A stretch of DNA of 64,000 nt from Candidatus Sumerlaeaceae bacterium (GTDB taxonomy: Bacteria; Sumerlaeota; Sumerlaeia; Sumerlaeales; Sumerlaeaceae), in the NCBI GenBank assembly GCA_049968255.1, contig JBMFRB010000001.1, forward strand, positions 320,001 to 384,000, in the 5' to 3' direction. Made by a program: the position numbers and the translations under genes. This document shows, piece after piece, positions 50,215 through 60,027 of the stretch. The notes beneath the pieces were generated by a model that saw nothing but the letters and a program-made list of their open reading frames with translations, searched no databases and had not been told where the DNA came from. Numbering within the stretch: the stretch's first letter is position 1; every line of letters starts with the position of its first letter.

Positions 50215-51459
50215 TTATGGCGACTTTTTGCTCTGGCGAAGGCCTAAAGCAAGCGCGACGCTGCCAGCTACCAACGTGAGGTTTGCAAGCGTGGGAATGT
50301 AGCCTAAAGCATGAAGTGTGGTGTGGCGGTGAAAGCTGCTGGCCTGGAAAATGGGAAGCCAACTGAGAAGAAGCGCGATCGTCAGTACACGACTGATTTT
50401 CCCCGCTTGTGCCAAAAGGTAGTGGGCAAGCCATGCAGGCCACAGAATCACATAATGATGGCCCTCCAGAACGGGTGAGACAAGCGGAAGTGCCACGAGG
50501 CCAACAAGCCAAGTCGAACCGAATGTGCAACCGCAGTGCTTGAGTGTGAAGAGCAGCGCAAGGTAGCCACCGCCGGCCAGCATTTCGTACGCGAGGAGCG
50601 CTGCGCGGTAGGCTTGTGGCGAACTCTCGGGCTTGATGTGAAGAAATTCGGTGAGCGCCCGGAAAAGCGAAAAAGAAACGATGTGTGCTAGGTGCGGGAT
50701 CTGCGTAACGATATGAGCAAAGTAATACATCTCATCGCGCAAACGACCAAGTACCGACAACAGAACTAAATAAAGTGCGGTTAGGCCGAGCGCGACGAAG
50801 GGAGGACGCCACCGTTTCCAGAGCACATGTGTTAGAAAAAGCAGCACCGGTTGAATCTTTACGAGACTAGCTAAAACGAGCCAAACCCCTTCAGCATGAT
50901 GCTTTTCATGCTTCTGACTGGAAAACGCGAGTGTGAGCGCAAGCACGAGCAAAGGGCCGACCTGCCCCAGTTCGAGACTCCACGCTAAAGGGGAAAAGAG
51001 TGAGAGACTGGCGAGGATTCCAGTGATAGCCACGCGGCGGGAGATCACACAGCAGCTCAGCTCGGCTGCTTCATCATTCTGGTGCACTAAGGCCCCAGAA
51101 ATCCACGCCGTCGCGGCGATGCAGCCGAGCATGAGAAGTTTCCAAACGATTTCCGCTTCTTCCAGCGGAAACAGTGCTAGCCATGCGGTGCACATTGCGA
51201 GAAATTGAGGATATTTAAAAACCTCCCAATGGTCTCGTCCGATAAGCAGGGACGGCGGCAAGTAAACAGGTTCGCCATGAAAGAACTGATGCGCGGCCCG
51301 CCACAAAACGGTGAAATCTACGCCGTGCATTCCGAACGGTACAATGAGGAAATAGTAACTCAATTGAGCGAGGGCGAGACCTGTCAGACACAAAAACAGT
51401 AGGGGTTCGATGCGAATGGGGCTGGAGTTCGACAGCTGGCGCTTGTTCATCATTCGCAC
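50215..51459 (-). CDS. GT-C polytopic glycosyltransferase (GT87/DUF2029-like)
   Basis: GVDFTVLW, FKYPQF, LELGQVG, LASLVKIQP, SPVLEGHHY; many TM segments. Confidence 0.75.
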   Translation of the reverse strand: MRMMNKRQLSNSSPIRIEPLLFLCLTGLALAQLSYYFLIVPFGMHGVDFTVLWRAAHQFFHGEPVYLPPSLLIGRDHWEVFKYPQFLAMCTAWLALFPLEEAEIVWKLLMLGCIAATAWISGALVHQNDEAAELSCCVISRRVAITGILASLSLFSPLAWSLELGQVGPLLVLALTLAFSSQKHEKHHAEGVWLVLASLVKIQPVLLFLTHVLWKRWRPPFVALGLTALYLVLLSVLGRLRDEMYYFAHIVTQIPHLAHIVSFSLFRALTEFLHIKPESSPQAYRAALLAYEMLAGGGYLALLFTLKHCGCTFGSTWLVGLVALPLVSPVLEGHHYVILWPAWLAHYLLAQAGKISRVLTIALLLSWLPIFQASSFHRHTTLHALGYIPTLANLTLVAGSVALALGLRQSKKSP

Positions 51460-51516
51460 CTAATTGCTTGCGGCGGGCGTTGTTTGCAATTTTCTTCATC
51501 CGTGTGACCGAGTGAA

Positions 51517-52263
51517 ATGACACAGCGCTACTACATTGGTCCGAATGTTCCAGCGATCGGCGAACGCGTGGAGTTGGATCCGGAGGAATCACATCACCTG
51601 GTCCGCGTCATGCGCACCCCAGCCGGAGCCCTTGTGCGTGTCTTTGGAGAAGGCCGGGAGTTCGAGGCGCGGGTGAAAACGTTGCGGCCACGTGTTGTGG
51701 TGCAAATCGAGCGCCAACTAGAATCAATTCCACCATTGCGCGTGCGTCTGCATGTGGCGATTCCTTGGTTGCGCGGCGGACGCACGGAGTTGCTTGTGCA
51801 AAAACTCACCGAACTCGGAGTGCAGGAAATTTCTGTTTACCATGCGGAGCGGTGTGTGGCTCACGGCACAAAAGATAAGGTCGAACGTCTTGAGCGTGTG
51901 GCTATTGAAAGCTGCAAGCAGTGCGAACGCGCCGACATCCCCCTAATTCGCCTGCAGCCCACTTTACGGAGTCTCTTAGAGTATCTGAAAGATCACGCCG
52001 GATCGCGCCTCTTGCTAGCTGAGCGCGCCGAAGCCCCACGGTTGCAGAGCTATCTGCACATGCGCCAATCGGAGTGCGGTGAAGAATTCCTCCGGGACGG
52101 CCTTGCTCTCATTTCGGGTCCAGAAGGTGGGTTGTCGCCTGGAGAGCTCACCGAAGCGGAGAAATTTGCAACGTTTGTGAGTTTGGGTCCCCGTATTCTG
52201 CGTGCAGATTTTGCGCCGCTTGTTGCTGTTGCAGTGATTCTGGCAGAGGTGGGAGAGCTGTGA
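51517..52263 (+). CDS. rsmE: 16S rRNA m3U1498 methyltransferase
   Basis: HHLVRVMR, VQKLTELGV, ESCKQCER, SGPEGGLS, SLGPRILRA. Confidence 0.9.
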   Translation: MTQRYYIGPNVPAIGERVELDPEESHHLVRVMRTPAGALVRVFGEGREFEARVKTLRPRVVVQIERQLESIPPLRVRLHVAIPWLRGGRTELLVQKLTELGVQEISVYHAERCVAHGTKDKVERLERVAIESCKQCERADIPLIRLQPTLRSLLEYLKDHAGSRLLLAERAEAPRLQSYLHMRQSECGEEFLRDGLALISGPEGGLSPGELTEAEKFATFVSLGPRILRADFAPLVAVAVILAEVGEL

Positions 52264-53546
52264 AACGCGGTGGGGCCCACTCCCAACGCATGCTTTTTGC
52301 GGCCACGATTGCGATGCTTGTTGTGGCCCTGGCACTTCTGGCGCATCTGTTGCGGCGCTTCGAAGGCGACATCCAGGCGAATGTACGGGGCCTTCAGCGT
52401 GTGCTCGCCACGGAAGCCCTTTTGCGCGATCCCTCGGATCCTTACGTGCGCTTCGGCCCACTTGAAGAGTTGGTGAGCAAATATGCCGAACACCCCTATT
52501 TGCGCGAGATGACCATCACCAAATACTTTCGCAATCGCGAAGTTGTTGTTTATCCCTTTTACTATCCAGCGGTACGCGAACTGCCTGAGGCCCAGCAGCG
52601 CCTCGTTGCGCGGCGTAATCCTTGGCCCGACAAGCTCGGCTCGGATGTTCTTAGGGTTCCCCTCCAGGCCCGAGGACGCTTGTTAGGAAATCTCTACGTG
52701 CGCATTGACCGTACGGCTTTGCAAAGTTTTCAGCTAGCGATAGGTTTGTTCACGCTTTTGCTGGTCGGTTTTGTCGGATTGTACGTGTCTGAGTTCCGAC
52801 GACAACAAGCCGAAATTTCGCGTACAACTATCGAGCTCGAAGAAAAACGCCGCGAGTTGATGCGGCTGGAACGACTAGCGCTGGCGGGGCAACTGAGCGC
52901 GAGTTTGCTGCATGATCTGAAAAAACCCGTTCTGAACATAAAGAACGAACTGAGCGACCTGTTGGCCGTCAGCGCACACTTACCCCAAGAGGTGCGCAAC
53001 ACTCTCTCGCTGCTAGTATCGCAGGCACAACTTTTTTTCGGCATGCTTCGCGAAACGAACCTTGAACGTTTTGTTCGAGGCGAGGGCGAGCTGGAATATG
53101 CCGACGTCAATGAGTTGATCAAAACAAGCTTGGCACTCGTGCGTTATGAGCGGGGCCAGATAGAGCAGGAGCTTCATCTTGGCGAAAATCTCTCACCGGT
53201 GCTTGTGCAGCCAGTGCAACTCGTCCAAGTGTTTTCTAATATCATTCTCAACGCCTATCAGGCAATGGAGGGACACGGCAAGCTGACTATTCGTTCCGCA
53301 CAAGAAGGCTGCCGCATCTGGGTAGAGTTCAGAGACACAGGTCCGGGAATTTCGCAAGAGGACCTCGACAAAATTTTCGCCCCGTTTTTCTCGACCAAAA
53401 CATCGGACAAGGGAACGGGCCTGGGCCTCTATATAAGTCGCGACATTGTCCGCAATCTCGGCGGTGACATCCGAGTGACTTCTGACGACAGCGGTACAAC
53501 TTTTGTCGTCGAGCTGCCGGTGAACCAAGACGATCAAGAGTCATGA
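52260..53546 (+). CDS. Membrane sensor histidine kinase (NtrB-like HisKA + HATPase)
   Basis: Two TM segments; [16 protein letters not shown] (H-box), [35 protein letters not shown]. Confidence 0.92.
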   Translation: MKRGGAHSQRMLFAATIAMLVVALALLAHLLRRFEGDIQANVRGLQRVLATEALLRDPSDPYVRFGPLEELVSKYAEHPYLREMTITKYFRNREVVVYPFYYPAVRELPEAQQRLVARRNPWPDKLGSDVLRVPLQARGRLLGNLYVRIDRTALQSFQLAIGLFTLLLVGFVGLYVSEFRRQQAEISRTTIELEEKRRELMRLERLALAGQLSASLLHDLKKPVLNIKNELSDLLAVSAHLPQEVRNTLSLLVSQAQLFFGMLRETNLERFVRGEGELEYADVNELIKTSLALVRYERGQIEQELHLGENLSPVLVQPVQLVQVFSNIILNAYQAMEGHGKLTIRSAQEGCRIWVEFRDTGPGISQEDLDKIFAPFFSTKTSDKGTGLGLYISRDIVRNLGGDIRVTSDDSGTTFVVELPVNQDDQES

Positions 53547-54613
53547 AAATCGACCTTTTCGACTACGAGCTTCCGAAGGAATTGATTGCAGCCGTCCCGG
53601 CTGAACAGCGCGATCAGGCACGTCTGATGGTACTGCGGCGCGAAACCAGCTCTATCGAACACACCATTTTTGCCGAAATTGGGCGTTATCTCACGGCTGG
53701 CGATTTGCTAGTGATCAACGACAGCAAAGTTATTCCGGCGCGTATGCATGGAAAACGAAGTTCGACGGGAGGTGCCGTAGAATTCTTGCTTGTCGAACGA
53801 GTTGGTAGCCACGAGGGACGGGATCGCTGGATTGTCATCTGCCGACCTGCCAAGAAACTGCGACCGGGAGAAACAGTTTATTTTGCGAACAAGCGACTCG
53901 AAGCCACCATTGTCCGATACGTGGACGTGGGTGAGCGCGAGGTGGAATTCAACTGCCCGGATTTATTGCAACGGCTGGGCGAAGTTGGCGAGGTGCCGTT
54001 GCCTCCGTATATCTTGCAGCGACGGCGTGAGCTTTTTCGCAACAAAGCGCTCGTGTTACCGGAGGATTCGGAACGCTACCAAACTGTGTATGCGCGGGAG
54101 CCTGGGTCGGTTGCGGCTCCCACGGCGGGGCTCCATTTCACGTCAGAGTTGCTTGCACACCTTGAAAACCAAGGGGTGCGAATCGCGCGCGTAACCCTGC
54201 ACGTTGGGCCAGGGACATTTCGCCCTGTCGAAGTCAATGACATCGAAGAGCATCGAATGCATGAAGAGCATTACTATGTGCCTCCAGAAACCGCGGAGGC
54301 CATTCGCGCGACAAGGTTGCAAGATGGCCGCGTGGTGGCAGTGGGCACGACAGTGGTTCGCACGCTTGAATCTGCTGTAACGCAGACAGGCGAGCTACGA
54401 GCAGGTCATGGCGCCACTCAGCTCATGATTGTCCCCGGTTATAGGTTCAAAATCGTCGATGCCCTCGTGACAAACTTCCATCTGCCGCGCTCAACACTGC
54501 TTATGTTAGTGTGCGCCTTCGCTGGACGCGAATTTGTGCTGTCGGCCTATCGCGAGGCTGTTGAAAAACGTTACCGCTTTTTCAGCTACGGCGACGCAAT
54601 GCTGATTTTGTGA
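53543..54613 (+). CDS. queA: S-adenosylmethionine:tRNA ribosyltransferase-isomerase
   Basis: FDYELPKELIA, INDSKVIPAR, PLPPYI, YQTVYA, AAPTAGLHF, LHVGPGTF, TNFHLPRSTL, YRFFSYGDAMLI. Confidence 0.98.
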   Translation: MKIDLFDYELPKELIAAVPAEQRDQARLMVLRRETSSIEHTIFAEIGRYLTAGDLLVINDSKVIPARMHGKRSSTGGAVEFLLVERVGSHEGRDRWIVICRPAKKLRPGETVYFANKRLEATIVRYVDVGEREVEFNCPDLLQRLGEVGEVPLPPYILQRRRELFRNKALVLPEDSERYQTVYAREPGSVAAPTAGLHFTSELLAHLENQGVRIARVTLHVGPGTFRPVEVNDIEEHRMHEEHYYVPPETAEAIRATRLQDGRVVAVGTTVVRTLESAVTQTGELRAGHGATQLMIVPGYRFKIVDALVTNFHLPRSTLLMLVCAFAGREFVLSAYREAVEKRYRFFSYGDAMLIL

Positions 54614-54626
54614 GCCTCGGCTAGGC

Positions 54627-55763
54627 TTACGATACCGAAGCGGCGGAGTTCTTGCCAGCAGCCCGCCGTTCTGCGAAGAGAACACATAGCGTGTAGGCAA
54701 GTAACACGGTGATATCGACAAAAAAGACCGACGCGAGCCAGTGTGCCGCGCCGTCGCGAAGAAGCCGGCCGCGAAGTTGCGCGAGAATGAAGCACAGGCC
54801 CCACAGTGCAAAATTGAATGCGAGCACTTCGCCGTGCGTCCAACCGGCAACGAGCAGGCGCTGATAAAGGTGCGTCCGGTGTGCCTCGAAGATGTTCTCT
54901 CCGCGCAGCAGACGCCGCACGAGCGTGTAGCAGACATCCCAAATAAAGGGGCTCAGGGCGATCACCGCGCACCAGAAATCAAAGACGTCGAAGGTAGTTT
55001 GTTCGCGACGTAAAGCCAGCACTGCCAAAGCAAAACCAACAAACTGGCTGCCGCAGTCGCCCATGAACGTTTTGCGTTTTGGGAGTGCGCCAGGCCGATT
55101 GAAAAACTGGAAGAACCCAAATAGCGCACCTGCAAGCGTTCCAGCGGCTGTGATCTCACCCAACGTGTTTGGCAGAGCAAAGCTGGCAGCAGGCAAAACG
55201 AAGGCCACCGCTGCCAACGCACCAAAAATCGCCGCCTGCCCGTCCATTCCATCCATAAAATTAAACACGTTCATAAAGAAGACGATGAAGAAGATGGTGA
55301 AAAGCGCCGCAGCGAACTCGCGCCAAAATGGCGCGGTGCGAGCGAGAAGAGCATCTAGAGGCTCGGGGAGCACAGAGAATCCCACTGCTACGGCTGCAGC
55401 GGCCGCAGCGAACTGGAATAAGAACTTCCATCGAAAATCAAGATGGAGCAGGTCGTCGAGCAGACCACCAACAAATGCCCATGCACCCCCCACAAGCAGT
55501 GTCGTTTTCCAGGGGGCTGGAGAAAAATAGCCTTGCGCATCTAGGAGCAACATGTGCGCATAAAAGGCCCCGACGATTCCAAGTCCCCCAAGACGCGGCG
55601 TGGGAACGGAATGCGACGCACGCCGGTTAGGATAGGCCAGCACTCCGTAACGACGCGCCAAGACCACGCTCGCACGCGTAAGTAACAAAGCCATTCCCCA
55701 GCCAAAGATGCCAGAGGCAAACAGATATGGCACGAACGAATTGACGATGATCATCGTGGGCAT
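54627..55763 (-). CDS. MraY-family (WecA/TagO/WbpL-like) polyprenyl-phosphate sugar-1-phosphate transferase
   Basis: RASHSVPTPRLGGLG, GLLDD, NVFNFMDGMDG, FMGDCGS, AHRTHLYQRL. Confidence 0.9.
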   Translation of the reverse strand: MPTMIIVNSFVPYLFASGIFGWGMALLLTRASVVLARRYGVLAYPNRRASHSVPTPRLGGLGIVGAFYAHMLLLDAQGYFSPAPWKTTLLVGGAWAFVGGLLDDLLHLDFRWKFLFQFAAAAAAVAVGFSVLPEPLDALLARTAPFWREFAAALFTIFFIVFFMNVFNFMDGMDGQAAIFGALAAVAFVLPAASFALPNTLGEITAAGTLAGALFGFFQFFNRPGALPKRKTFMGDCGSQFVGFALAVLALRREQTTFDVFDFWCAVIALSPFIWDVCYTLVRRLLRGENIFEAHRTHLYQRLLVAGWTHGEVLAFNFALWGLCFILAQLRGRLLRDGAAHWLASVFFVDITVLLAYTLCVLFAERRAAGKNSAASVS

Positions 55764-55989
55764 AACTCTTGCGAGTCGAAGGCAATCTGAAAAGAGAAAA
55801 CTTGCCCCCACTTTGCAAATCAACAGTTCAGGTGAGTAAGCTAATCCCTTGCCGGCCAAGAACTTGGGAAAGGCGCACTAAAGAGGTTTTTGGGGCCACA
55901 AAAATCTGAGTGAAAATTCTCTTGCTGCCCCGCCGTACTTTGCTGAGACGGTTATGAACTGAATAATCGCAAAAGGTGAAAATTTGCGC

Positions 55990-56988
55990 ATGGCAAAGAA
56001 AGCACTGATCACAGGCATCACGGGACAGGATGGGTATTACCTGGCTGAGTTTCTTCACGAGAAGGGTTACGAAGTTTACGGTTTAGTGCGTCGTTCGAGC
56101 CAAAATATCGAACAGCGGCTCGGAAAACTGGCGGAATTTGTGCGTGTGGAACACGGCGATTTGACCGATAGCCTTTCGCTGCGCGAAGTGCTGAGTCGCG
56201 TTCAGCCGGATGAAATCTATAACCTTGCGGCCCAGAGCCATGTGGCGTGGAGCTTTAAGACTCCCGAGAGCACTTTCGACATCACCGGCGCGGGATGCCT
56301 GCGCCTGCTGGAGGCCATGCGTCAAACAAGTCCTCACTCGCGATTTTATCAGGCATCTAGCAGCGAAATGTTTGGGCAAGTTCAGGAAGTGCCGCAGACG
56401 GAGAAGACGCCATTCCATCCACGAAGCCCGTACGGTGTGGCCAAAGTCGCGGCCTATTGGGCAACGGTGAACTATCGCGAAGGTTATAATTTGTTTACTT
56501 GCAATGGCATTCTCTTCAACCACGAGAGCGAGCGCCGCGGGGAAGAATTTGTGACACGCAAGATCTCGATCGGAGCTGCACGCATCAAGCTGGGATTGCA
56601 GGATAAACTGGCTTTGGGAAATCTCGAAGCTAAGCGCGATTGGGGCTATGCGCCGGAATACGTGCGCGCCATGTGGCTGATGCTCCAACAGGAGGACCCC
56701 GACGACTACGTCATTGCAACGGGCGAGACCCATTCTGTGCGCGAGTTTTGTGAGATCGCGTTTGCCCATGTCGGCCTCGATTACCGCAATTTCGTGGTCG
56801 AAGATCCGCAGTTCTATCGTCCGGCAGAAGTAAATCTTCTCATCGGAGACGCCACAAAGGCACGCCAAAAGCTGGGTTGGAAGCCGGAAACAACATTCCG
56901 CGAGCTTGTGCAGCGAATGGTGGATGCCGACCTCGAGAAGCAGAAACACCTTCTGAGCCAGAGCGGACTCACACCAAAACCGCGCTAG
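55990..56988 (+). CDS. gmd: GDP-mannose 4,6-dehydratase
   Basis: [56 protein letters not shown]. Confidence 0.97.
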   Translation: MAKKALITGITGQDGYYLAEFLHEKGYEVYGLVRRSSQNIEQRLGKLAEFVRVEHGDLTDSLSLREVLSRVQPDEIYNLAAQSHVAWSFKTPESTFDITGAGCLRLLEAMRQTSPHSRFYQASSSEMFGQVQEVPQTEKTPFHPRSPYGVAKVAAYWATVNYREGYNLFTCNGILFNHESERRGEEFVTRKISIGAARIKLGLQDKLALGNLEAKRDWGYAPEYVRAMWLMLQQEDPDDYVIATGETHSVREFCEIAFAHVGLDYRNFVVEDPQFYRPAEVNLLIGDATKARQKLGWKPETTFRELVQRMVDADLEKQKHLLSQSGLTPKPR

Positions 56989-57179
56989 CAGGCAGGTGCC
57001 GCCCACGAGACAGTCGCCGGGTTCGTTGATGTGCGCCGCTTGCGGTTTACCATCCAGAGTACGCAATGGGCGCCGATATGGCAGCAAAACGCGAACCGAT
57101 CAAAACAAGAAACGCTGCGGCTGTGCACGCGGCTTTTTTCTGGGGAACGGTTAAGTTCGGACGTTTCGCTCCCAGTCCT

Positions 57180-57746
57180 TCACTTCTCTAGAGGTGGCTC
57201 GTTCGCCTTAGGCCCCCGAGCAGCAGGCTTGCATTCTGGAGCAAAGGTGAGCTGCGTCGGCATGCCCACGATAAGCGTCCCACCCGGGCGCGACGACGAA
57301 GTGTGAGGAACTATGATTGGTTCGATCACGCGTTTGCCTTCTGGATAACCAGAATCAAGTTTTGACGTGATTCCCAACTGCCCATAATGATAAGATAGGG
57401 CGGTTGATCCGGACGGTAGGCCGGTTGGCCTGGCACCGAACGTCGTGGTGCAAAAGCCCTTTAATGTACCCCCATATGCATGCTGCCATATAATGGGTGC
57501 GCGAGGAACAGGCGGGTTCTCCCGGGGATTCAGGAAGAGACTTGTGGACTTTGGCGCATATCCGACGACCCACGAGCGCGAAGCATAGGCTGAGTACCAA
57601 AAACTTTCGTGCATAATACGCGATTCGGGAATGGGCGGAACAGCCTGTTCACTGCGGCTAGCAACCTCTTGGGCCCCCACAAGTGAAGTAGCACAAGTCA
57701 GCCCTACAACTAGCGCGTTGCACCATGAAAGATTTGTCCTCATCAC
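57180..57746 (-). CDS. Secreted hypothetical protein
   Basis: SD GAGGGAAGGA; signal-like MRTNLSWCNALVVGLTCATSLVGA-Q; starts 13 nt after the upstream gene. Confidence 0.65.
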   Translation of the reverse strand: MMRTNLSWCNALVVGLTCATSLVGAQEVASRSEQAVPPIPESRIMHESFWYSAYASRSWVVGYAPKSTSLFLNPRENPPVPRAPIIWQHAYGGTLKGFCTTTFGARPTGLPSGSTALSYHYGQLGITSKLDSGYPEGKRVIEPIIVPHTSSSRPGGTLIVGMPTQLTFAPECKPAARGPKANEPPLEK

Positions 57747-57759
57747 GCTGGTCCTTCCC

Positions 57760-58602
57760 TCATGTGTTCGGGTTATTTGCCGGTGGCGCTATAGGGGCCA
57801 AAGGCGGCAAGCTGGAGGGCGCTGGCGCGGCCGGCGTTGGTGCTGGCGTTGCCGCGGGCGTGGGTGCCGGAGCCGGTGTTGGCGCCGCTGGTGCAGGCGT
57901 CAAAATTGGCACCTGAACTTCTGGCGAGAACGGACTTTTCTCTGCCGGCGTTGGAGTGGCTTCTTTCGCTTCAGCAGGCGCCGGAGTCACCAGTTGGCCC
58001 TTTGGCACAATCACCATTTCGCTCGGCGGCAAAGCCTGGGGTGGCTCGGGCGTTGGCGTCACCACGCAGGTAATGGGACTCACCACTTCGGCCCCGGCCA
58101 CGCCAGGAGCGTAACGCTGCGCCGCATAACTGGCTTCCGCACTGAGGATAGCTGTGGCTGGCGCTTCGACATAGACGGGCAAGGTGGGCGCAACTGGCTG
58201 CGCGCCCGCGAAACCTTGCGGCCAGAAGTAGGTGCCATAGGGCAGGCTCGTGTAGATATCAGTTCGAAGGAAAGGCGCCGATGCGTAGACATAGTTCGTC
58301 GCCTGCATGACGTTGCCCGGATAAGGCGTGACGGCCGGAACAAGGACACGCGTGACCGTCTGCGGCATGTAGATAATCGGTGGCCCCGCAAATGCGGGCG
58401 AGCGCAAATATGGCGTTCCAACGGGAGCCGCAGCGGCAAGCCCTGTACTGTAAGGGCCTAGGGCTTGTCCGGCTGGAATAGGAGTCACTGCAGGAGCGGG
58501 ATACATGCGAAGGTCGCTGCCCCGCGGCGTCATGCGCGGTGACTGCGCAAACACGGCACTCGCAAGCGCCGTCACACCCACAATCACGATTGTTCTCTTC
58601 AT
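57760..58602 (-). CDS. Secreted Pro/Ala/Thr/Tyr-rich low-complexity protein
   Basis: SD GAGGA; signal MKRTIVIVGVTALASAVFA-Q; C-terminal TPAPAAPTPAPAPTPAATPAPTPAAPAP. Confidence 0.8.
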   Translation of the reverse strand: MKRTIVIVGVTALASAVFAQSPRMTPRGSDLRMYPAPAVTPIPAGQALGPYSTGLAAAAPVGTPYLRSPAFAGPPIIYMPQTVTRVLVPAVTPYPGNVMQATNYVYASAPFLRTDIYTSLPYGTYFWPQGFAGAQPVAPTLPVYVEAPATAILSAEASYAAQRYAPGVAGAEVVSPITCVVTPTPEPPQALPPSEMVIVPKGQLVTPAPAEAKEATPTPAEKSPFSPEVQVPILTPAPAAPTPAPAPTPAATPAPTPAAPAPSSLPPLAPIAPPANNPNT

Positions 58603-58622
58603 TGTTACAGCCTATCCTCGAA

Positions 58623-58750
58623 CAAAATGGATGCTGATATTCTTGTCCGTCCTACGCCGATGACCTGCCCATTGCGGCCAGGACGGACGCATTTTGCCAC
58701 CTTATTTCAGCACCGTCGCACTCTTTGTGCGGAGCTTCGGTGTTGAAAAT
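58623..58750 (-). promoter_or_regulatory. Structured leader upstream of the Pro-rich protein gene
   Basis: Stems caaaatg/cattttg enclosing gtccgtcct/aggacggac and gccg/cggc; a second hairpin ttcagcaccg...gcac/gtgc...cggtgttgaa. Confidence 0.45.
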
Positions 58751-58791
58751 CAATCCTAAACCTTTCGCGGCCACGGAGAAGTTTCGCGAGT

Positions 58792-60027
58792 CTAGAATTC
58801 GAGCTTTAACCGGTGCGAGAGGAATTCGAACAGCTCGTTGCACAGCTTATCCCAGTCGAAGTGTCGTTCAGCGGCTAGGCGCACTTGGGCACCGAACCGG
58901 TCCCATTCACCGCGCAGTTGGAGCATGCTACTCATTCCCTTGGCAAAACCGTAAGCGTTGGGCTCCGTAAGGAGACCAATCCTATATTTGCGGAGAAGGC
59001 GCCCGGTGGCTCCGACATCGCATGCAACGATGGGACGACCGGCCGCCACATAGTCGCTGAGTTTGTGAGGATAGCGCGCACGGTTCAACGCAATGTTAGT
59101 CAACGGGAGCAGCAGGACGTCCGCGGCGCCAAGGTAATCGGCAACGCGCTGGAACGGCTGGCGTCCCACGTGCAACATTCGACCGCGAAGAGTGTCGAAG
59201 AGCTCTGGCGTAAGCTTCTCGAAATCTGAGCCAACAACAACGAGGAACGACTCTGGATGCTCGGCAGCGTGGCGAGCAAAAGCTTCGAGCAAAAGCTGTT
59301 CGTCGGTGTGAAAGTTTGCAACATAAACAAAAAGGGCCGCTCCCTCAGGCAAATCGAGACCGCAACGGCGGCGCGCTTCCGACTTGTTCGCTGGCCGGAT
59401 CGCATCGAGAGGCGCTCCGCTGTGCATAACGAAGGATCTTTCTTGAAGCTCGGAACGCTCGACGAGGGGATGACGAAGAAACTCAGAAGAAATAAGAGTC
59501 ACGGCGTCAGCAATGCGCCATACACGGGGCTCCCAGAATTGCTCTGCTGCGAAGACAAGCCGTCGCAAAGCGCGAATGGGGCGGGGAAGCGAGCAAAAAG
59601 CCGCCGAAGGAATCACGCAGGCTTGATAGAGCCCTTCAGGACCACTCCACCAATCGCTCCAATCCAAGACAACACGTCGGCTCGTCACTTGCCCCAACCA
59701 AGCAGGCACAATGCAATCCGGCTTGTGCGAAAAAGCATAGATAACATCGTAAGGCTGGCGCAAGACTTGGAGCGTGCGCCAAACGTTGTCGAAGAGTCCC
59801 CAGCCTTCCTGGCGCTCATTGAAAAAGGTGCGATAGGGGAACTCGATGAGGCGCAGAAGTCCACGCCCTACCACCTCTTCGTGAAAATCAGGCCGATATT
59901 CTTTGCGCTCGCTGACGTAGCCGAGATCTACGTCGTGGCCGCGCGCTGCCAATCGCTTGGCGATTTCCAACGCGCGAAAGTAGCTTCCGCGCTCGGGGAG
60001 ATTGTGAGTCAGCAACAGCGCCTTCAT
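58792..60027 (-). CDS. GT-B glycosyltransferase family 4
   Basis: ATGA overlap with the upstream gene; LAARGHDV, DWSDWW, AADVLLLP, PHKLSDYVAAGRPIVACDVG, FDW. Confidence 0.88.
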   Translation of the reverse strand: MKALLLTHNLPERGSYFRALEIAKRLAARGHDVDLGYVSERKEYRPDFHEEVVGRGLLRLIEFPYRTFFNERQEGWGLFDNVWRTLQVLRQPYDVIYAFSHKPDCIVPAWLGQVTSRRVVLDWSDWWSGPEGLYQACVIPSAAFCSLPRPIRALRRLVFAAEQFWEPRVWRIADAVTLISSEFLRHPLVERSELQERSFVMHSGAPLDAIRPANKSEARRRCGLDLPEGAALFVYVANFHTDEQLLLEAFARHAAEHPESFLVVVGSDFEKLTPELFDTLRGRMLHVGRQPFQRVADYLGAADVLLLPLTNIALNRARYPHKLSDYVAAGRPIVACDVGATGRLLRKYRIGLLTEPNAYGFAKGMSSMLQLRGEWDRFGAQVRLAAERHFDWDKLCNELFEFLSHRLKLEF

